DNA from: Actinomycetes bacterium
GTDB taxonomy: Bacteria; Actinomycetota; Acidimicrobiia; Acidimicrobiales; RAAP-2
Assembly (NCBI GenBank): GCA_021806045.1
Contig: JAJZDI010000007.1
Span: 42,803 to 106,802 of the forward strand
Direction of reading: 5' to 3'
DNA: 64,000 nt
Shown: positions 22,113-31,079 of the stretch, in pieces
Layout: every line of letters begins with the position of its first letter
Position numbering within the stretch: the first letter of the stretch is position 1
Position numbers and translations under genes: made by a program
Notes under the pieces: generated by a model
What the model was told of the DNA's origin: nothing
The model's database searches: none
Seen by the model: only the letters and a program-made list of their open reading frames with translations

Positions 22113-23048
22113 ATGCGCCGCTCCACGCTCACCGCGTGCACCACCACCGCCCTGGCCTGCCTGCTCGCCGCCTGCGGATCGCAGACGGTTGTGCAACCGG
22201 GGCCGTCCACGCCCGCCGCACTCCCTGTCGGCTCGTCGAGCCACGCCATCGTGGTCGGCGGGCGGACCCGCACCTACCTCGCCTACCGGCCGGCCTCCCT
22301 CTCCGGTCCCGCGCCGCTGGTCGTGATGCTGCACGGCGGTTTCGGCACCGCCGCCCTGGCCGAGCGCTACTACGGCTGGGACGCAGAGGCCGACCGCGGC
22401 CACTTCGTCGTCGCCTACCCGGACGGTCTGAACCGGGCGTGGAACACCGGGGGCGGGTGCTGCGGCACCCCGGCGAAGGAGAACGTCGACGACGTCGGCT
22501 TCATCACCGCGGTCGTCTCGGCCGTCGGGCGCTCGGTCCCCATCGACCCAAGGCGCGTCTACGTCACCGGCATCTCCAACGGCGGGATCATGGCCTACAC
22601 GCTCGCCTGCCTGACCCGGGGCGTCTTCGCCGCCATCGGCCCGGTGGCCGCCACCCAGCTCGGACCGTGCAGCACCCCCGAGCCGATCTCGGTGCTCCAC
22701 ATCCACGGCACCGCCGACACGAACATCCCCTACGACGGCAGCCAGGGTCAGGGCTACGCCCACATCCACGGCCCGTCCGTGCCGTCGGTCAACGCCACCT
22801 GGCGCTCGATCGACGGGTGCGACCCACCGGCCGTCTCCACTCAGGGGGTGGTGACCACGTCGACCGCCACCTGCCCCCAGGGCCGGGCCGTGGAGCTCAT
22901 CACCGTGGCCGGGGCCGGCCACCAGTGGCCCGGCAGCGCATCGAGGCCGGGGATCCAGCGCCTGCTCCACATCGACCCGCCGTCGACGGCGTTCGACGCC
23001 ACCGCCGTTCTCTGGGCGTTCTTCGCCGCCCACCCCCGGCCGGCCTGA
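22113..23048 (+). CDS. Secreted lipoprotein esterase (PHB-depolymerase/LpqC-type alpha/beta hydrolase)
   Basis: Lipobox LLAAC, PLVVMLHGG, and the nucleophile elbow GISNGGIM. Confidence 0.75.
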   Translation: MRRSTLTACTTTALACLLAACGSQTVVQPGPSTPAALPVGSSSHAIVVGGRTRTYLAYRPASLSGPAPLVVMLHGGFGTAALAERYYGWDAEADRGHFVVAYPDGLNRAWNTGGGCCGTPAKENVDDVGFITAVVSAVGRSVPIDPRRVYVTGISNGGIMAYTLACLTRGVFAAIGPVAATQLGPCSTPEPISVLHIHGTADTNIPYDGSQGQGYAHIHGPSVPSVNATWRSIDGCDPPAVSTQGVVTTSTATCPQGRAVELITVAGAGHQWPGSASRPGIQRLLHIDPPSTAFDATAVLWAFFAAHPRPA

Positions 23049-23076
23049 CGGACCACGGCCCGGGGCGCGAACCCCC

Positions 23077-23112
23077 GTGGCCCCGTGGCCCGTGGCCCGT
23101 GGCCCGTGCCCC
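23077..23112. repeat. Five tandem heptamers (GTGGCCC-type) between convergent genes
   Basis: GTGGCCCC GTGGCCC GTGGCCC GTGGCCC GTGCCCC, read directly from the sequence. Confidence 0.8.
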
Positions 23113-23137
23113 GGGCTTCAGAGGAACCGGTGGACGC

Positions 23138-23962
23138 TCAGACCTTCCGGTAGAGGCACTGGCCGCCGCCCGAGGCGTGCAGGGCCCCGCCGGCCGACCA
23201 CACCCGGGCCGTCCAGCCGAACAGCCCCCGGGTCGAGACCGGCGCGGTGCCGTCGACCAGCAGCCAGTCGGCGCCGGACGCCGGGCGGTGGAAGGCCACG
23301 TTGAGGTCGAGCGTGGGTGCGATGAAGGGCGGCCGCCGCCACGCGTGCGGCCGGTGGGCCGCCGGCCAGCTGGGCAGGTCGGCCAGCACCACCATGCGTG
23401 CGGCGTCGACCCACGGGTCGTCGAGGTCGGGCGTGGGGTCGAAGCGGACCCACTGGCGCCAGACGGCCGGGCGGGGGGAGTCGGGCGGCCACTCGGGCTC
23501 GACCTCGACCGGCCGGGCCCGGAGGTTCATCCAGAACGGCGGGACGTCCGCCTGGGGGATCCCGCCCGGGCCACCGAACTCGGCCAGGTCGTCAGGTCCC
23601 GGCACGTCGGGGGGCACGCTCTCATCGTGCTCGAGGCCCTCCACCTCGGCCGTGCTCCACACCATGGCGTCGAGGACGGGGCGCCCTCCCTGGGTGATCT
23701 CCACCCGCTGGGAGGTGGCGTTGCGACCCTGCTTCCGCGTCTCCACCGAGATGTCGACGTCGGTGAACGCGGCCACACCGAGGTAGTGGCACGAGAAGGC
23801 GGCCGGGAACGGGTGCGACCCTGCGGCGCCGGCGGCCCGGAGCGCCACCGAGGCGATGTACCCGCCCATCGGCCCCCAGATCTCCCAGTCGCTGGACAGC
23901 GTGGCCCGGAACCGCCCGTCACCGAGCGGTTCGACGGCGGTCTCCTTGCCGAGGTCTCCCAT
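23138..23962 (-). CDS. Acyl-CoA thioesterase (TesB-like double hotdog)
   Basis: 274 aa starting at MGDLGKE. It contains GPMGGYIASVALRAA and a C-terminal LDLNVAFHRP...STRGLFGWTARVW pattern. Confidence 0.65.
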   Translation of the reverse strand: MGDLGKETAVEPLGDGRFRATLSSDWEIWGPMGGYIASVALRAAGAAGSHPFPAAFSCHYLGVAAFTDVDISVETRKQGRNATSQRVEITQGGRPVLDAMVWSTAEVEGLEHDESVPPDVPGPDDLAEFGGPGGIPQADVPPFWMNLRARPVEVEPEWPPDSPRPAVWRQWVRFDPTPDLDDPWVDAARMVVLADLPSWPAAHRPHAWRRPPFIAPTLDLNVAFHRPASGADWLLVDGTAPVSTRGLFGWTARVWSAGGALHASGGGQCLYRKV

Positions 23963-24192
23963 CGGTTCATGGTGGCACGCCGGCACACCCGCCACGGCAC
24001 GGGCCGGCCGGCACCTCGGCGCGCCCTCGTGCCGTGACCGGAACGTCTGCGCTGTTTGACCGTCACGTTCCGTGCCACCAAGAGGAGGGCGCCGAATGCC
24101 GAATCCACGTTCACGGAAGTTGCGCGGCGCTCCTGGTGACGGCGCCGTCCCGTGGTGTGTGTTCGCCTCGCCTGCTGGTCCGCCGTCCCGGT

Positions 24193-24747
24193 TCAGCGAG
24201 GCTTTGTCGTCCACGCCGTCCACGCATCGACCGCCTCCTTCAGGGTCATGCCCTCAACGATCTCGCGGCGCAGCCCGGCGGTGTGCACGAGCTGGTCGAC
24301 AAGCCAACTCGGGAGCTTCTCGTGCGCCGGCGGGCTGGCCGGCGTGATCCCGGTCCGGAGCGTGCCAAACCGTTCGATGACCTCGGCGAGGGCAACCGTC
24401 CGGGGGTTCTTCGGCATGGCGGCCACCCTGGCCGCCATCTCTTCGTACACCTCGCTGTCGGAGCGGGCCCCGACCGCCCAGACCTCGGCGACCTCGATGA
24501 TCGGAGTCGAGTCCGGGTCGGTCGTCGACCGCCAGACGACGCGCCAATCACGGTCGCCGACAGTGAGCTTGCGCCAGCCGATCAGCCCCCCGAGGAGCGG
24601 TTCCCCGGCATTGGGATTCTCCTCGAGGAGGAGCATCTTCTTCAACGCCCACCTGAGCGCTTGCGGGTTGTGGCTGGCGAGCCGGTGGAGATCCTCGACC
24701 GCCGGGTCGGTCAGCCGGATGTATGCAGCCGGTTCAGCCTCGTTCAC
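24193..24747 (-). CDS. RelE/ParE-family toxin with ~85-aa C-terminal extension
   Basis: The N-terminal ~100 aa fit RelE/ParE (AVEDLHRL...NPNAGEPLLGGLIGWRKLTVGDRDWRVVW...IIEVAEVWAVGARSDSEVY). The gene has an ATGA overlap with the upstream antitoxin. Confidence 0.75.
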   Translation of the reverse strand: MNEAEPAAYIRLTDPAVEDLHRLASHNPQALRWALKKMLLLEENPNAGEPLLGGLIGWRKLTVGDRDWRVVWRSTTDPDSTPIIEVAEVWAVGARSDSEVYEEMAARVAAMPKNPRTVALAEVIERFGTLRTGITPASPPAHEKLPSWLVDQLVHTAGLRREIVEGMTLKEAVDAWTAWTTKPR

Positions 24748-25076
24748 TCGCGGGCGGCAGCCTCGTCGTCAAACCGTTCCTGCTGCAGTTCTTCCCGGCT
24801 GAACCCGAAGGTGGCGATGACGTCATCGAGGTCCGTCCGATGCCCACTATCGGTGGCAGCCCGGCTGAGCACCAGTGCTGCTGAACGGAGGTCGTGCTCC
24901 AGCTCGCGGAGTTCGCTGAAGTGCTCGATGCTCACCACCGCCGCGACGGGGCGGCCGTGACGCTCCACGACGGTGTCGGTACCGTGTTCGCTGTCCTTGA
25001 GCAGCCCAGCCACGCCCCGCGAGGAGGCTTCGGTCACCGAGAGGACCCGGGTGGGCGCAGTGGGCACTGTCATCAC
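24744..25076 (-). CDS. Phd/YefM-family antitoxin
   Basis: VLSVTEASSRGVAGLLKDSEHGTDTVVERHGRPVAAVVSIEHF is the Phd/YefM N-domain. The exact start (25076, 25073 or 25067) is uncertain. Confidence 0.8.
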   Translation of the reverse strand: MMTVPTAPTRVLSVTEASSRGVAGLLKDSEHGTDTVVERHGRPVAAVVSIEHFSELRELEHDLRSAALVLSRAATDSGHRTDLDDVIATFGFSREELQQERFDDEAAARE

Positions 25077-25080
25077 TCCA

Positions 25081-25102
25081 ACTATACAGAAATCTGTATA
25101 GT
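25081..25102. promoter_or_regulatory. Perfect palindromic operator ACTATACAGA-AA-TCTGTATAGT upstream of the Phd/RelE operon
   Basis: 10-bp arms are exact reverse complements in a locally AT-rich stretch directly 5' of the antitoxin start. Confidence 0.65.
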
Positions 25103-25263
25103 TTGCAGAGGGCTCGTGCGGTCCTTCCCAAGGCGGCGTCCAGACCGCCTCACTTCTCCCAGACGCGCTGGCATGGGAGCGGGCCGCCGGGGGGCACAGG
25201 ACGACGGCTATGGAGCGGTCCGGAGTCCAAGGGCGTCGGGGCGAACGTTACCGGTCACGACCT

Positions 25264-26070
25264 CTAGGCGTCGGTGGCCGCCAGCCGGGGGGACACGCCG
25301 AGCCCCCCGTCCACGTGGAGCACCTGGCCGTTCACGAAGGCGGCGTCGTCGGACAGGAGGAACCCGACCACCCGGGCGATGTCCTCCGGCGCGCCCAGGC
25401 GCCCGAGCGGGTTCTGGGCGGCCAGGAGGGCCTGGCCCTCGGGGGAGATGGCCCGGGCCGCCGACCGGGTGAGGACGAACCCGGGGGCGACCGCGTTGGC
25501 CCGGATCCCGTCGCGTCCGTAGCGGGTGGCGACGTGGCGGGTGAGCTGCTCGAGCGCGGCCTTCGACACGCCGTAGGCGACCCGCCGGTGCTCACCGATC
25601 GACGCCGAGCCCGACGAGATGAAGACGATGGCGCCCCCGCCCCGTTCCCGCATGACCGGCAGGACGGCGCGCACCAGGAGGAGACCGGCCGTCGCGTTGG
25701 TGGCGACGACCCGGTCCCACGTGGCCAGGTCGACGTCCTCGGCGGCCAGGTCGGTGGCGGCGTCCGTCCAGGCAGCGTTGTGGTCGAGGAGGTCGACGCC
25801 GCCGAACCGGTCGACCACGGCGTCCATCATGGCGGTGACGTCGGCCGGGCGCGAGACGTCGCAGGCAAGCCCGGCGGCGTCGGCCCCGCTTGCGACCAGC
25901 CCGTCGGCCACCGAGCGGGCGCGGTCCCCGTCGATGTCCACCACGGCCACCCGCGCCCCCAGCCGGCACAGGTGCCCGGCCGTCGCCCGCCCGATGCCGC
26001 GGGCCGCGCCCGTCACCACCGCCACCTTGCCCTCGAGGGGGCGTTCGGACGGAGCGAGCCCGCCGGCCAT
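25264..26070 (-). CDS. SDR-family oxidoreductase
   Basis: TGAARGIG cofactor motif, the YGVSKAAL catalytic Y-x-x-x-K, and a C-terminal NGQVLHVDGG. Confidence 0.85.
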   Translation of the reverse strand: MAGGLAPSERPLEGKVAVVTGAARGIGRATAGHLCRLGARVAVVDIDGDRARSVADGLVASGADAAGLACDVSRPADVTAMMDAVVDRFGGVDLLDHNAAWTDAATDLAAEDVDLATWDRVVATNATAGLLLVRAVLPVMRERGGGAIVFISSGSASIGEHRRVAYGVSKAALEQLTRHVATRYGRDGIRANAVAPGFVLTRSAARAISPEGQALLAAQNPLGRLGAPEDIARVVGFLLSDDAAFVNGQVLHVDGGLGVSPRLAATDA

Positions 26071-26114
26071 CTCCGGTGCGGGGCCGTCAATCCCCGGATC
26101 AGGCCCGGCCACCG

Positions 26115-27140
26115 TCACCCCTCGTGGAGCGAGGCGACCACCCGGGCCAGCTCGACGTCGTGGGACGGCTCCGGTGGGGGCGTGAACAGCACGCCGGCGG
26201 CCAGCCCGCCGAACCGCTCGAGCAGCACACCGGCCAGCTCGCCGTAGAGAGCGGTGGGCACCAGCGTCCGCATCACCTCGTCGGTCACCAGTCCCCCGAG
26301 CTCGTCCCACCGTTCGTCGCGGATGAGCTCCCGGAGGCGACCGGCCAGGTCGCCCCAGCCGTAGAGCTCGAGGGTCCGGCGGTAGGCGGGGGTCGAGTAC
26401 AGGAAGGCGAGCAGGCGCCGCTGGCGCTCGCGCTCCTCGTCGAGCTCGTCCCGGGTGGCGCCGGTGATCACCTGGGTGCCCGCCACCACCTCCACGGCCG
26501 AGACGTCCCGGCCGGCTTCGGCCGCCCCGGCACGCAGGTTGGGGAGGCACTGGTCCTCCAGGTAGCGGGGGTTCGAGTTGGTCGGGTGGGTGACGAAGCC
26601 GTCGGCCACCGCCCCGGCCAGCCGGCACACCCGCGGGTTGACGCCCCCCAGCCAGATCGGCGGCGGGACCACCGACGGATCGGGGCCCGGGTTGAAGTAC
26701 GGCTGGAGCCGGGTCAGCTCGTAGTGGGGGCCGCGGTGGTCGAGGGGGGCGCCGGTGGCGAAGCTGGCGAACAGGTCGCCGAGCGCGCCGACGTAGTCGG
26801 CCAGGCGCTCCACCGGCTCGCTCCACGGCATGCCGTAGCGCTGCTCCACGTTCTGGCGGATCTGGGTGCCCAGGCCGAGCTGGAACCGCCCGCCCGACAT
26901 GGCCGACAGGTCCCACGCCGCGTAGGCCACCAGAGTCGGGCTGCGGACGAAGGCCAGGGTCACCGCCGTGCGCACGGTGAGGTGGGAGGTGTGCTCCAGG
27001 GCCAGCAGGGCCACGGCCAGCGAGTCGTGGACCGTCTCGGCCACGTGGAGCCCGTCGTAGCCGAGCGACTCGACCCGCCGGGCGTGGGCGGCCACGTCGC
27101 CGAGGGGCAGCCGTGGATCCATGCCCGCATAGACCTTCAT
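26115..27140 (-). CDS. LLM-class (luciferase-like) F420-dependent oxidoreductase
   Basis: 341 aa with GYDGLHVAE...GGRFQLGLGTQ...PIWLGGVNPR, the pattern of luciferase-like monooxygenase-family proteins. Confidence 0.75.
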   Translation of the reverse strand: MKVYAGMDPRLPLGDVAAHARRVESLGYDGLHVAETVHDSLAVALLALEHTSHLTVRTAVTLAFVRSPTLVAYAAWDLSAMSGGRFQLGLGTQIRQNVEQRYGMPWSEPVERLADYVGALGDLFASFATGAPLDHRGPHYELTRLQPYFNPGPDPSVVPPPIWLGGVNPRVCRLAGAVADGFVTHPTNSNPRYLEDQCLPNLRAGAAEAGRDVSAVEVVAGTQVITGATRDELDEERERQRRLLAFLYSTPAYRRTLELYGWGDLAGRLRELIRDERWDELGGLVTDEVMRTLVPTALYGELAGVLLERFGGLAAGVLFTPPPEPSHDVELARVVASLHEG

Positions 27141-28000
27141 GGCCGACCTCCCGTCGCTCCACCGCCCGCGGGCGGATCCTCCTCCCGGCCACCGCCCGCC
27201 CGACCGGCCACTGGTGACGGCGCGCTCCCCCGGGCGACGATGGCACCGCGCTCGCCCGCGAGCCGGCTCTCGTCGAACCGCTCGGCCAGCCACCGCTTGG
27301 CCCACGCCTGCTCGTCGGCGAAGGCATCGAGGCCGCATCGACCGGCCATCGCCGCGTACATCCGCCGCACCTCGGCCAGGTTGGCCGCGGGGATCTGCGC
27401 CATGGTGGCCGCCACCTCCAGGGCCCGCTCCACCAGCCGCTCGTGGGGCACGACCTCGTCGACCAGGCCCCAGGCGAGGGCCCGGTCGGCATCGACGAAG
27501 TCACCGGTCAGGCTCATGAGCCGGGAGCGGCCCGGTCCGATGCGCTGGGGCAGCAGCACGGTCAGGCCTCCGCCCGGCATCGCCCCCACCCGGGCGTGGG
27601 TGTCGGCGAACCGGGCCCGCTCGGAGGCGACGAGGACGTCGCACGCCAGGGCCAGCTCCAGGCCCCCGGTGACGGCCGGGCCGTTGACGGCGCCCACCAC
27701 CGGGGTGTCGTGGGGAGGGAGCATGCCGAGGAACGGGCTCGGCTCGGCCATACGGGCCCGCCGGGCGGCCGGGTCCTCGCCGGCCAGGCCCCGCAGGTCG
27801 AAGCCGGCGCAGAAGGCGGGGTCCTCGCCGGTGAGCACCAGCGCGCACACGCCCGGATCGGCGTCGAGCGTGGTCACCGTGCCGGCCAGCGCCGCCCACA
27901 CGTCGGGCGTGAGGGCGTTGCGCACCTCGGGGCGGGCGAGGGTGACGAGCGCCACCGGTCCGTGGCGCACCACCGTGTGCCCGCCGGCCGGCCCGGTCAT
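27137..28000 (-). CDS. Enoyl-CoA hydratase/isomerase family protein
   Basis: LTGEDPAFCAGFDL and VNGPAVTGGLELALACD crotonase motifs. It has a 4-nt overlap with the LLM gene. Confidence 0.85.
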   Translation of the reverse strand: MTGPAGGHTVVRHGPVALVTLARPEVRNALTPDVWAALAGTVTTLDADPGVCALVLTGEDPAFCAGFDLRGLAGEDPAARRARMAEPSPFLGMLPPHDTPVVGAVNGPAVTGGLELALACDVLVASERARFADTHARVGAMPGGGLTVLLPQRIGPGRSRLMSLTGDFVDADRALAWGLVDEVVPHERLVERALEVAATMAQIPAANLAEVRRMYAAMAGRCGLDAFADEQAWAKRWLAERFDESRLAGERGAIVARGSAPSPVAGRAGGGREEDPPAGGGATGGRP

Positions 28001-28848
28001 GCCGGCTGGCGCCAGTCCGGGTGCAGCCCGTGGACGAGTGCCGCCTTCTGGGCCCGCACGGTGGCACCGTTCTCCACGGCGTCGGGGTGGCCGGCCAGCC
28101 ACGCCACCACCGAGGCGGGGACCGACGGCGGCGCACCGGCGTAGCGGCCGGACAGACCGAGAGCGGTGGCGTTGGCCTGTTGGCGTTCGGTCTCGACATA
28201 GCCGGGGTCGACGTTGTAGGCCCGGATCCCCCGGTGGCCGAGCTCGATGGCCAGCATCGGGGCGAAGCGGTGGAAGGCCGCCTTCGACGCCGCGTAGGCG
28301 AGGCCCCACCCGCCCTCACCCACCGGACCGGGCGGATCGGCCGTCGCCGTGTGGGACGTCACGTCGACGATGGTGCCGCCGCCCTGGGACAGCATCGACG
28401 GGAGCACCTCGGCGATGAGGACGAACTGGGCCACCACGTTGGCCTCGAGCTTGGTCGCCAACCGGTCGGCCGACAGCTCGGAGATGGGGACCATGCTGCC
28501 CGGACCGGTGTCGACGGCGTTGTTCACCAACAGGTCGACCCCGCCCCACCGGTCGACCACCGTCCCCACCGCGGCGATCAGCGAGATCCGGTCGTGCAGG
28601 TCGGCGACCAGGCTGAGAGGGGTGCGCCCGGCGTCGCGGACGAGACCGGCGGTCGTCTCCAGGCTGCCGGGCACCGGGCGACCGCCCCCCGTGTCGGAGT
28701 CGTCCCGGCCGTCACCCTCACGGGCCGTGCGGGCGGTGATGGCGACGTCCCACCCGGCACGTGCGAGGGCGACCGCCGTCGCCTTGCCGATGCCACGGGA
28801 CGCCCCCGTGACCAAGGCACGTCTGACCCCCCGGTCGGCCGTCACCAC
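27997..28848 (-). CDS. SDR-family oxidoreductase
   Basis: TGASRGIGKA and YAASKAAF motifs. It has a 4-nt overlap with the downstream hydratase gene. Confidence 0.85.
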   Translation of the reverse strand: MVTADRGVRRALVTGASRGIGKATAVALARAGWDVAITARTAREGDGRDDSDTGGGRPVPGSLETTAGLVRDAGRTPLSLVADLHDRISLIAAVGTVVDRWGGVDLLVNNAVDTGPGSMVPISELSADRLATKLEANVVAQFVLIAEVLPSMLSQGGGTIVDVTSHTATADPPGPVGEGGWGLAYAASKAAFHRFAPMLAIELGHRGIRAYNVDPGYVETERQQANATALGLSGRYAGAPPSVPASVVAWLAGHPDAVENGATVRAQKAALVHGLHPDWRQPA

Positions 28849-28959
28849 GCCGTGTCTAGCAGAGCCGGTCCCACGGAGCCCGGTCGGCCGGGCGCTCGCC
28901 CGGCACTCCCCGGCGCTCCCCGGGCGGGGTCGGGCACGGGCCCACCCCGGATGGGGAGG

Positions 28960-29724
28960 TCAGGCAGCAGGCCGCACCCGCCCGGACCTCCCGGCGATGG
29001 CTCGCAGCTCGGCACCCGCCGCCTCCTCCGGGGTGGGGGCGGTGCCGCCGGCGACAGCGGGCATCCACCAGGCTCCCTGGCCCGCGCCGCGGTCCGGGTA
29101 CCGGGCGATCACGCTGTCCACCATCGACGCCAGCCTCACGGCCAACCTCCCGGTCACGGCGGCGGGATCCTCCCGTGTGCCGGCGATGATCGGCGGGTCG
29201 ACCCGCACGCTGACCGGCACGCGGCGGGCGAAGCGGGGTCGGCGGCCGGCCGTCCACAGGCGCTGCCCGCCCCATGTGACCACGGGGACGAGCGGGACAC
29301 CCGCCTCGGCCGCCATGCGTGCCGCGCCCGACGCCAGCGGGCGGGGCACGAACGACCGCGAGATGGTCGCCTCGGGGAAGACGGCGACGACCTCGCCGGC
29401 ACGGAGCGCGTCCACCGCTGCCCGGTAGGCGCCGGCACCGGCGGCACGGTCGACGGGGATGTGGCCCATGGAGCGCATGAGCGGCCCGACGAGTCGGTGG
29501 TCGAAGACGGACCGCTTGGCCAGGAAGCGGACGAGTCGCCGGCCGCGGCGGTGGTAGGCGAGGCCGACGAAGACGAAGTCGAGGAAGCTCACGTGGTTGA
29601 CGGCGAGTACGACGCCTCCCGTGGCCGGCAGGTTCTCGAGCCCGTCGATGTCGAGCCGGATCCCGGCCAGGTGGACGGCAGCCTGCGCCACCCGCACGAC
29701 GGGACGGTAGACGTAGTCACGCAC
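28960..29724 (-). CDS. 1-acyl-sn-glycerol-3-phosphate acyltransferase family (PlsC-like)
   Basis: NHVSFLDF (H-x4-D) and VFPEAT motifs. The GTG start is at 29724. Confidence 0.8.
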   Translation of the reverse strand: MRDYVYRPVVRVAQAAVHLAGIRLDIDGLENLPATGGVVLAVNHVSFLDFVFVGLAYHRRGRRLVRFLAKRSVFDHRLVGPLMRSMGHIPVDRAAGAGAYRAAVDALRAGEVVAVFPEATISRSFVPRPLASGAARMAAEAGVPLVPVVTWGGQRLWTAGRRPRFARRVPVSVRVDPPIIAGTREDPAAVTGRLAVRLASMVDSVIARYPDRGAGQGAWWMPAVAGGTAPTPEEAAGAELRAIAGRSGRVRPAA

Positions 29725-30014
29725 GGGCCACCTCCTGGCTGCTTCGGTGGACAGGATGGTCGTCGTCGGGCGGGCACGATCCGCGCTCGGCCACCCGGTG
29801 CCCGCCGTCCGGGGTGCCGTGCCGGGGAGTCGGCCCTGCTTGGTGTTCGGAGCCGATCCGGGCGTGGATGGGGCCCGGACGCCGGCCGGGCGGGGACGGG
29901 GCGGTCCCCGCCCACGTGCACCGGCGATTGCCACCTACCATCTGGCCGGTGGGGCGCCAGTCGCGGAAGGCTCGGGGGACGACAGGGGAACAGCCGGATC
30001 CGGTAGATGGCGAC

Positions 30015-31031
30015 ATGGCCCCGGTCGACATGGCGCCGGTCGACGTGGTGCCGGCGGGCATAGCGCCGGCGGACATAGCGCCGGCGGGCGCCGCCCCTGT
30101 CGACGGGGAGCCCGAGGAACCGGGCCGATCCCGCCGCCTGTTCCTGGCCAGCGTGCTCGCTGGCGCGGTGGTCATCGTCGGCGGCGGCGCGCTGGGCGTC
30201 GAGCTCGTGGCCCGGGGCGTGCTCCCCGGAAAGGCGGTCCTGGACCGGATCGACGGCGCCTGCTCGATCCCGGCCCCGACGCTCGACCTGTCGACGCCGG
30301 GGCCCTCGACGTCGTCGACCTTCCACTCGGCCGCCCGGAACCGCCAGGTCGGCTACACGATCGCCTACCCGCCCGGCCACTCGTACGGCGACCGGCTCCC
30401 GCTGGTGGTCATGCTGCACGGCTTCGGCGGCAACCACACCGACGCGCTGGCCGGCCTCTCCCCGGCCCAGGCGCTGGCGCTCCGCGTCAGCGGGCGGCCG
30501 TTGCCGCCGATGGCCATGGTGACCGTGGACGGTGGTGGCGGCTACTGGACGCCCCACCCGGGCGACGACCCCATGGCCATGGTCGTGGACGAGCTCGTCC
30601 CCCTGTGCCAGGGTCTCGGCCTCGGCCGCCCACCCCTCACGATCGGGGTGATGGGGATCTCGATGGGTGGGTTCGGAGCACTCGCCTTCGGCGAGCAGCA
30701 CCCCGCCCTCTTCCGGGCGGTCGCCGCCATCAGCCCCGCCGTCTGGACCTCCTACGCCCAGGCCCGTGCGGCCAACTCCGGTTCCTACGCGTCGGCCGCT
30801 GCCTTCGCCCGCTACGACGCCGTCACCCACGCCGGTGCACTGGCCGGCACGCCGGTGCGGGTGGCGGCCGGCTACGACGATCCCTTCGCTCCGGGCGTGC
30901 GCGCCCTGGCGCGGGCCCTGCCCCGGGGAGCGGTCGTCGACCTGTCCAAGGGGTGCCACGACGGCACCTTCTTCCTGTCGCAGGAGCCCGCGTCGCTGGC
31001 GTTCCTCGGAGCACATCTCACCGGCGCGTGA
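30015..31031 (+). CDS. Secreted alpha/beta-hydrolase esterase (Esterase-D/mycolyltransferase-like fold) with Tat-type signal
   Basis: RSRRLFLASVLAGA signal, VVMLHGFGG, and the nucleophile elbow GISMGGFGA. The N-terminus carries pentapeptide repeats, so the start is uncertain. Confidence 0.7.
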   Translation: MAPVDMAPVDVVPAGIAPADIAPAGAAPVDGEPEEPGRSRRLFLASVLAGAVVIVGGGALGVELVARGVLPGKAVLDRIDGACSIPAPTLDLSTPGPSTSSTFHSAARNRQVGYTIAYPPGHSYGDRLPLVVMLHGFGGNHTDALAGLSPAQALALRVSGRPLPPMAMVTVDGGGGYWTPHPGDDPMAMVVDELVPLCQGLGLGRPPLTIGVMGISMGGFGALAFGEQHPALFRAVAAISPAVWTSYAQARAANSGSYASAAAFARYDAVTHAGALAGTPVRVAAGYDDPFAPGVRALARALPRGAVVDLSKGCHDGTFFLSQEPASLAFLGAHLTGA

Positions 31032-31079
31032 CGGCCCGGATCCGGGCACGGAGGGTGGTGCGCCGGTAGCCTCGCCTCC

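Noticed and set aside
26071-27504. Upstream extension of the 746-aa ORF 25264-27504(-)
   Set aside because: Only the last 268 codons (the SDR) have motifs. The extension overlaps the well-supported LLM and enoyl-CoA hydratase genes in other frames.
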